Source: an uncultured bacterium
Lineage (GTDB): Bacteria; Hydrothermota; Tepidihabitantia; B3-TA06; CAYQJV01
DNA length: 64,000 bases
Assembly: GCA_964417925.1 (NCBI GenBank)
Contig: CAYQJV010000002.1
Coordinates: forward strand, 20,952 to 84,951
Direction of reading: 5' to 3'
A program made the translations under genes and the position numbers. This document shows, piece after piece, positions 61,396 through 64,000 of this stretch (its first letter is position 1; each line of letters opens with the position of its first letter). Under the pieces are notes generated by a model, which was not told the origin of the DNA, did not search any database, and saw nothing but the letters and a program-made list of their open reading frames with translations.

Positions 61396-64000
61396 ATGCT
61401 TTATCTTTTACTCCTTACCCAGTTTTATTTTGGTAAAAACAAAGTCCAATACAAAGAGTTTTCATTCTTAACTTACGAAACCGAAAATTTTGATATATAT
61501 GTAGAAGAAGGGGCTGAAGTACTTGCCTATTTTGCAGAAAAAGTTTTAGAAGAAGCTTTAGAAGAGTATACTCAAGACTTTGGTATAGGAATAGAAGAGA
61601 AAATACCTGTAATAATTTACAGTTCCCCTTCTGATTTTTCACAGACCAACATAATTCTTGAACCAATAGAAGAATCCATAGGAGGCTTTACAGAACTTTT
61701 TAAAAATAGAGTGGTGGTACCTTTCACCGGTTCCTATAAAGAGTTCAAACATGTACTAAGACATGAACTTACTCATGTGTTCCAGTTTGAACTCTTTTTT
61801 TCACTCTCTCTATCCAATCTATTTTCACTTATTCCAGGATTCGTTCCTCCTCTATGGTTTCTTGAAGGAATGGCAGAGTATTGCTCAGAACATGGAGGAG
61901 AAGATGCAGAACTTTTTATGCGAGATTTAGTAATAAATGGTGAAATAGTTCCTCTTTCTGAATTAACTCCTGAATATGGTTTTATCCTTTATAAGGAAGG
62001 TGAGTCTTTTTTCTTGTATCTTGAGAATGAATACGGAAGAAGGAAGGTATTTGAATTTATAAATGCAGTAAAATTCAAAAAAAGTATTGAAGAAGCATCA
62101 AAATATGTGTTCAAGAAAAAATTTTCAGAGATTGAAAAAGATTGGATGGATTATCTTAAAGTAAAATACTTTCCATCTATAACCTTAAAGAAAAAATTTA
62201 AGGCAAACATACTAAAACTTACCAATCATAAAAAGACCGGATCAATTTTCAATAAATCGGTCTCCCTATCTCCCACAGGAACAAAAATAGCCTTTATCTC
62301 TGATAGAGAAGATTACACCGATATATTTGTAGCCTCTGCATTTGATGGAAAAATCTTAAAAAAACTCATTACTACAGGAAGATCTGCATCGTTTGAACAT
62401 CTTCCTGTATTGAAAAGAGAACTTGCTTGGTCAGAGGACGAAAGGTATTTATATGTAATTGCTTTTAGTCAGGGTAAGCCAGTACTATATGTGATAAACT
62501 ACGAAACAGCAAAAATAGAGCATAAATTGGTACTCCCCTTAGATGATGCATTTTCACCTTCAGTATATAAAGAAAAAATTGTCTTCATAGGGTTAAAAGA
62601 CGGATATGCAGATATTTATCAATATGACCTCTCAACCAAAACACTAAAAAGACTCACCTGGGATCCTTTTGAAGAAAAATCTCCTTTCATATCAGATAAA
62701 GGAATATTTTTTGTATCGGATAGACCTTTAAAAAATGAATGGTCACCTGGAATATATGGCCTTTTTTTGATGAAAAACAACGGAGAGGTAAAATGTTTAT
62801 TACATGGGCTATCAACTCTGGACAATCCTGTAATATTTAACGAAATGGTATATTTCATTGGTCCAGGTAAAAAACTTTACGGATTTTCCTTAAAGGATTC
62901 TTCAACCTACGAAATCTTTTCCTCTCTTGCAACCGTGGAGGAGATATCAATATCAAACCAAGGAAAAATGGCAATTACCTATTTCAGCGGATTGGGATGG
63001 GATATAGGAATCTTTAAAAGAAAAGTAGATAAACTTCAGGGCAAAAAAGTAGTTTTGCAAAAAGATACTGCACAGGTATTTACATTTAATACTGTAGACG
63101 AAAACGATTTTTCCCTATATACACCTAAGTTTTCTCCAGATTACGTATACGGTACAGGAAGTTACTCCACTGATTTTGGATTCTCTGGATGGCTCTATAT
63201 GGGAATAAGTGATATGCTCGGGAATCATAGATTTTACATAGACCTCTATCTTTCTCCTGACATCTCATTTTCAAATATAGTTGTGGAATACTGGTATCTT
63301 CCTCATAGATGGGATATAGGAATAGGAGCTTTTCAATTGGTGTATTTCTATTATCTTTTACCCAACTGGGATATAATCCTACAACGTTTGAGAGGTGGAG
63401 CACTATTTTTTTCCTATCCTTTTAGCAAGTTTGCAAGAGTTGAAGCAGAAATCGATGGAACCTATGTAGATGAATTTCTATACATCAATACAGAACATGG
63501 TTTTTACTACGCAGACCATAAAGAATATCCCTTATTTATCTCAGGAACAGCTGCTGTGTTTGATAATATTCTTTGGAAGTACTACACTCCTATGCGAGGC
63601 ACAAGATGGAGAATTGCAGTCTATAAAAGTTTTGCAAGTCCTATAGAATTTACCACATTTTATGTAGATTTTAGACATTATCTTAAATTAACTCCTCGCT
63701 CCTGCCTTGCAATAAGAGTATACGGAGGAGAAAGCATAGATAAAGATGCAGAATACTTTACCTTAGGAGGAACAGGTTCTGTACGAGGTTACAATGATTA
63801 TGAGGAAATCGGACATAAAATTGTAATGATGAATTGGGAGTTAAGGGTACCCTTTATAGATTATTTAAAAATGGCATTCCCTTTACCTTTAACTATAAAA
63901 AATCTCAGAGGCGTATTATTCATCGATGCAGGAATCTGTTGGAATGACACTATTTCATATTATGATCCTGCTACTCATACTCTGGGAGATATAAAAATAG
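61396..64000 (+). CDS. Peptidase-MA / PD40 propeller / Omp85-like barrel protein, 3'-truncated by window edge (absent from the ORF track)
   Basis: ATG 61396: MLYLLLLTQFYFGKNKVQY; RHELTH and WFLEGMAEY; TolB-like SLSPTG.KIAFISDR; C-terminal VRGY and LRGVLFIDAG. No in-frame stop in the stretches read. Confidence 0.85.
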   Translation, partial: MLYLLLLTQFYFGKNKVQYKEFSFLTYETENFDIYVEEGAEVLAYFAEKVLEEALEEYTQDFGIGIEEKIPVIIYSSPSDFSQTNIILEPIEESIGGFTELFKNRVVVPFTGSYKEFKHVLRHELTHVFQFELFFSLSLSNLFSLIPGFVPPLWFLEGMAEYCSEHGGEDAELFMRDLVINGEIVPLSELTPEYGFILYKEGESFFLYLENEYGRRKVFEFINAVKFKKSIEEASKYVFKKKFSEIEKDWMDYLKVKYFPSITLKKKFKANILKLTNHKKTGSIFNKSVSLSPTGTKIAFISDREDYTDIFVASAFDGKILKKLITTGRSASFEHLPVLKRELAWSEDERYLYVIAFSQGKPVLYVINYETAKIEHKLVLPLDDAFSPSVYKEKIVFIGLKDGYADIYQYDLSTKTLKRLTWDPFEEKSPFISDKGIFFVSDRPLKNEWSPGIYGLFLMKNNGEVKCLLHGLSTLDNPVIFNEMVYFIGPGKKLYGFSLKDSSTYEIFSSLATVEEISISNQGKMAITYFSGLGWDIGIFKRKVDKLQGKKVVLQKDTAQVFTFNTVDENDFSLYTPKFSPDYVYGTGSYSTDFGFSGWLYMGISDMLGNHRFYIDLYLSPDISFSNIVVEYWYLPHRWDIGIGAFQLVYFYYLLPNWDIILQRLRGGALFFSYPFSKFARVEAEIDGTYVDEFLYINTEHGFYYADHKEYPLFISGTAAVFDNILWKYYTPMRGTRWRIAVYKSFASPIEFTTFYVDFRHYLKLTPRSCLAIRVYGGESIDKDAEYFTLGGTGSVRGYNDYEEIGHKIVMMNWELRVPFIDYLKMAFPLPLTIKNLRGVLFIDAGICWNDTISYYDPATHTLGDIKI

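Overview
AT-rich bacterial chromosomal window, mostly housekeeping genes, with no CRISPR array, prophage or rRNA visible. T9SS-like C-terminal domains, a peptidase-MA/PD40/Omp85 gene and Glu/Lys-rich proteins suggest an FCB-related, possibly thermophilic candidate lineage such as WOR-3 (inference only). It holds about 60 CDS, four tRNAs and a tmRNA (none with encoded CCA), about 21 near-consensus sigma70 promoters, and five non-autonomous IS remnants from two families. Most notable: (1) an in-frame Nudix-QueF fusion in an operon with polA and the queuosine-precursor transporter YhhQ, with queA-tgt elsewhere in the window; (2) three IS481-like MITE copies, with four ends each exactly 5 bp upstream of a TTGAC -35 box; (3) a dense, helically phased DnaA-box cluster (candidate oriC) overlapping two genes and far from any dnaA; (4) promoters dominated by a 16-bp spacer and many leaderless starts; (5) a sigma70 factor with two tandem region-4-like domains; (6) a Tat-signal radical SAM enzyme; (7) ultra-short signal peptides; (8) an rdgB stop codon inside a tRNA gene; (9) a probable CC-adding enzyme; (10) a shrunken class III aminotransferase-like protein. 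All calls are by eye; no database searches were run.
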